A model generated the notes under the pieces. That model had not been told where the DNA came from and did not search any database. It saw only the letters and a list, made by a program, of their open reading frames with translations. From contig CAWKCK010000005.1 in assembly GCA_963848135.1 (NCBI GenBank), forward strand, positions 248,001 to 312,000: a DNA stretch of 64,000 nt. The letters are read 5' to 3'. The DNA is from an uncultured delta proteobacterium (GTDB taxonomy: Bacteria; Desulfobacterota; Desulfobacteria; Desulfobacterales; SG8-13). Of this stretch, positions 62,665 through 64,000 are shown in pieces. The translations under genes were made by a program, and so were the position numbers. The first letter of the stretch is position 1, and the number at the start of each line of letters is the position of its first letter.

Positions 62665-63966
62665 TCACCGCGGCTTCTTTTCACCACCGGGTCGGTAGGT
62701 CTCACACTTGATGCCGTATTTATCATACACTTTCTCTTCAGCACGGGGGTCGATCTGAAGAACCACCTTCGATGTTCGCCGCATGGGAATGAAATGGACC
62801 TGTTCGGATGCCGGCACTATCTCAAGTGCCTCCCTCTTCCGCAGGACATAGGCCAAAAAAGCATACCCTCCGCTGACCACCAGGCTGTATACAAAAAAGC
62901 CGGACGGCTCATTGACAAAGGCCATGGCACTGGTTGCCGCGATCGGGCCGATGCTGGCACCGATGCCGTAAACAATCAACAGAACCGAACTGACGGCAAT
63001 AACGTCCTTGGGCTCGAACACATCGTGAGCGCGGGCCACGGAGACCGGATAGACCGTAAAAATGAGCCCCCCGTAAATGCCCGTAACGATAAGGAATAGA
63101 AGGTATGCGTCCTTCGCAATGACCATCATGACGATACTGACCGCGGCAATGGCAAGGCCCAGAACCGATAGCACCCGGGTTCGATCGAAGCGGTCGGAAA
63201 GCTTGCCTATCGGCCACTGCAGAACCAGGCCGCCGATGATGGCGGCGGTCATGAACCATGAAATTTCGGTGACAGTCAGGCCGGCTCGTGTGCCGAACAC
63301 CGGACCGATGGAATGAAACGCACTGTTCAACAGGCCGGAAGCGAAGCAACCCATCATACCGATGGGCGCCTTCCGAATCAACGCAAGTATACTGAATCGT
63401 TCGAGTTTATGCAATTCGGGGTGAATGGAATGGGTCACCGATACCGGCACCATGCTCAAAGCAAGGAAAATGCCGACAATGAAAAAGAGCTCATGGCCGA
63501 GCACATTGCCCACGTTGAGCAGCTGTTGACCCATCGCCATCCCCAAGTAAGTCAACAGCATGTAAACCGCCAGGACACGTCCACGGGAACAGGGTTCGGT
63601 ACTTTCGTTCAACCAGCTTTCAATAACCGTGTAAAGCCCCATGGTGGAGATGCCGGCCAGAAACCGGTATACCGCCCAGACCGCTGGGGAAAAGAAAAGG
63701 CCGTGCAGCAGCGCGATAGCCGTGACGACGGCAGCAAATGTCGCGAACGCGCGAATATGTCCCACCCGCTCCACCAAACGATGGCAAAACAGACCGCCCA
63801 CAACCAAGCCGAAGAAGTATAACGCCATGATCAATCCGGTGAGTTGAACCGGCACGTTCTCGAGGGTTAACCGGAGGCTCAGGGTTGTATTCAACAAACC
63901 GATACCGGTCGTCAACAGCAGGACGGCGGCAAAAATGGCGGGAAATGAAAACAAGGTCGCAGCCAT
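62665..63966 (-). CDS. MFS transporter (YcaD-like)
   Basis: RVGHIRAFA, VIESWLN, RGRVLAVY, QWPIGKLSDRFDR. Confidence 0.92.
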   Translation of the reverse strand: MAATLFSFPAIFAAVLLLTTGIGLLNTTLSLRLTLENVPVQLTGLIMALYFFGLVVGGLFCHRLVERVGHIRAFATFAAVVTAIALLHGLFFSPAVWAVYRFLAGISTMGLYTVIESWLNESTEPCSRGRVLAVYMLLTYLGMAMGQQLLNVGNVLGHELFFIVGIFLALSMVPVSVTHSIHPELHKLERFSILALIRKAPIGMMGCFASGLLNSAFHSIGPVFGTRAGLTVTEISWFMTAAIIGGLVLQWPIGKLSDRFDRTRVLSVLGLAIAAVSIVMMVIAKDAYLLFLIVTGIYGGLIFTVYPVSVARAHDVFEPKDVIAVSSVLLIVYGIGASIGPIAATSAMAFVNEPSGFFVYSLVVSGGYAFLAYVLRKREALEIVPASEQVHFIPMRRTSKVVLQIDPRAEEKVYDKYGIKCETYRPGGEKKPR

Positions 63967-64000
63967 TGTGTCTTTCCACGTAACGTGTTTTCCGATCAGA

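Overview
64-kb chromosomal segment of a Desulfobacterota (Desulfobacterales-like) sulfate reducer; the taxonomy is inferred from aprB, the bam genes and gene style. The main established feature is a complete class II (tungsten, ATP-independent) benzoyl-CoA reductase cluster bamBCDEFGHI (38.6-49.4 kb, minus strand), in which bamE and bamF read through in-frame UGA (selenocysteine). A third selenoprotein (UxxC peroxiredoxin-like) lies at 33.0-33.7 kb. Other genes: carB without carA divergent from a Cys1-less purF, a TRAP transporter with panE/panB, lon-ftsH, a lone aprB, HU, fdhD, several redox genes, an APC permease, an MFS transporter and an atypical tRNA-Cys. Best candidates for undescribed biology: (1) two CarH/LitR-type B12-binding MerR regulators whose 11-bp-spaced TnnACA repeats recur at the promoters of both regulators, lon-ftsH, the aprB unit, a TPR operon and a divergent gene, i.e. 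a possible cobalamin light/oxidative-stress regulon in an anaerobe; (2) a small DUF2080 protein sharing a 3x11-bp repeat with the bamB promoter (possible bam regulator); (3) tandem SAM-methyltransferases that both carry signal peptides, next to an APC permease; (4) a tRNA-Cys with C33. Three MITE-like repeat families are present. No CRISPR array, integrase or transposase was seen. All family calls are by eye; no searches were run.
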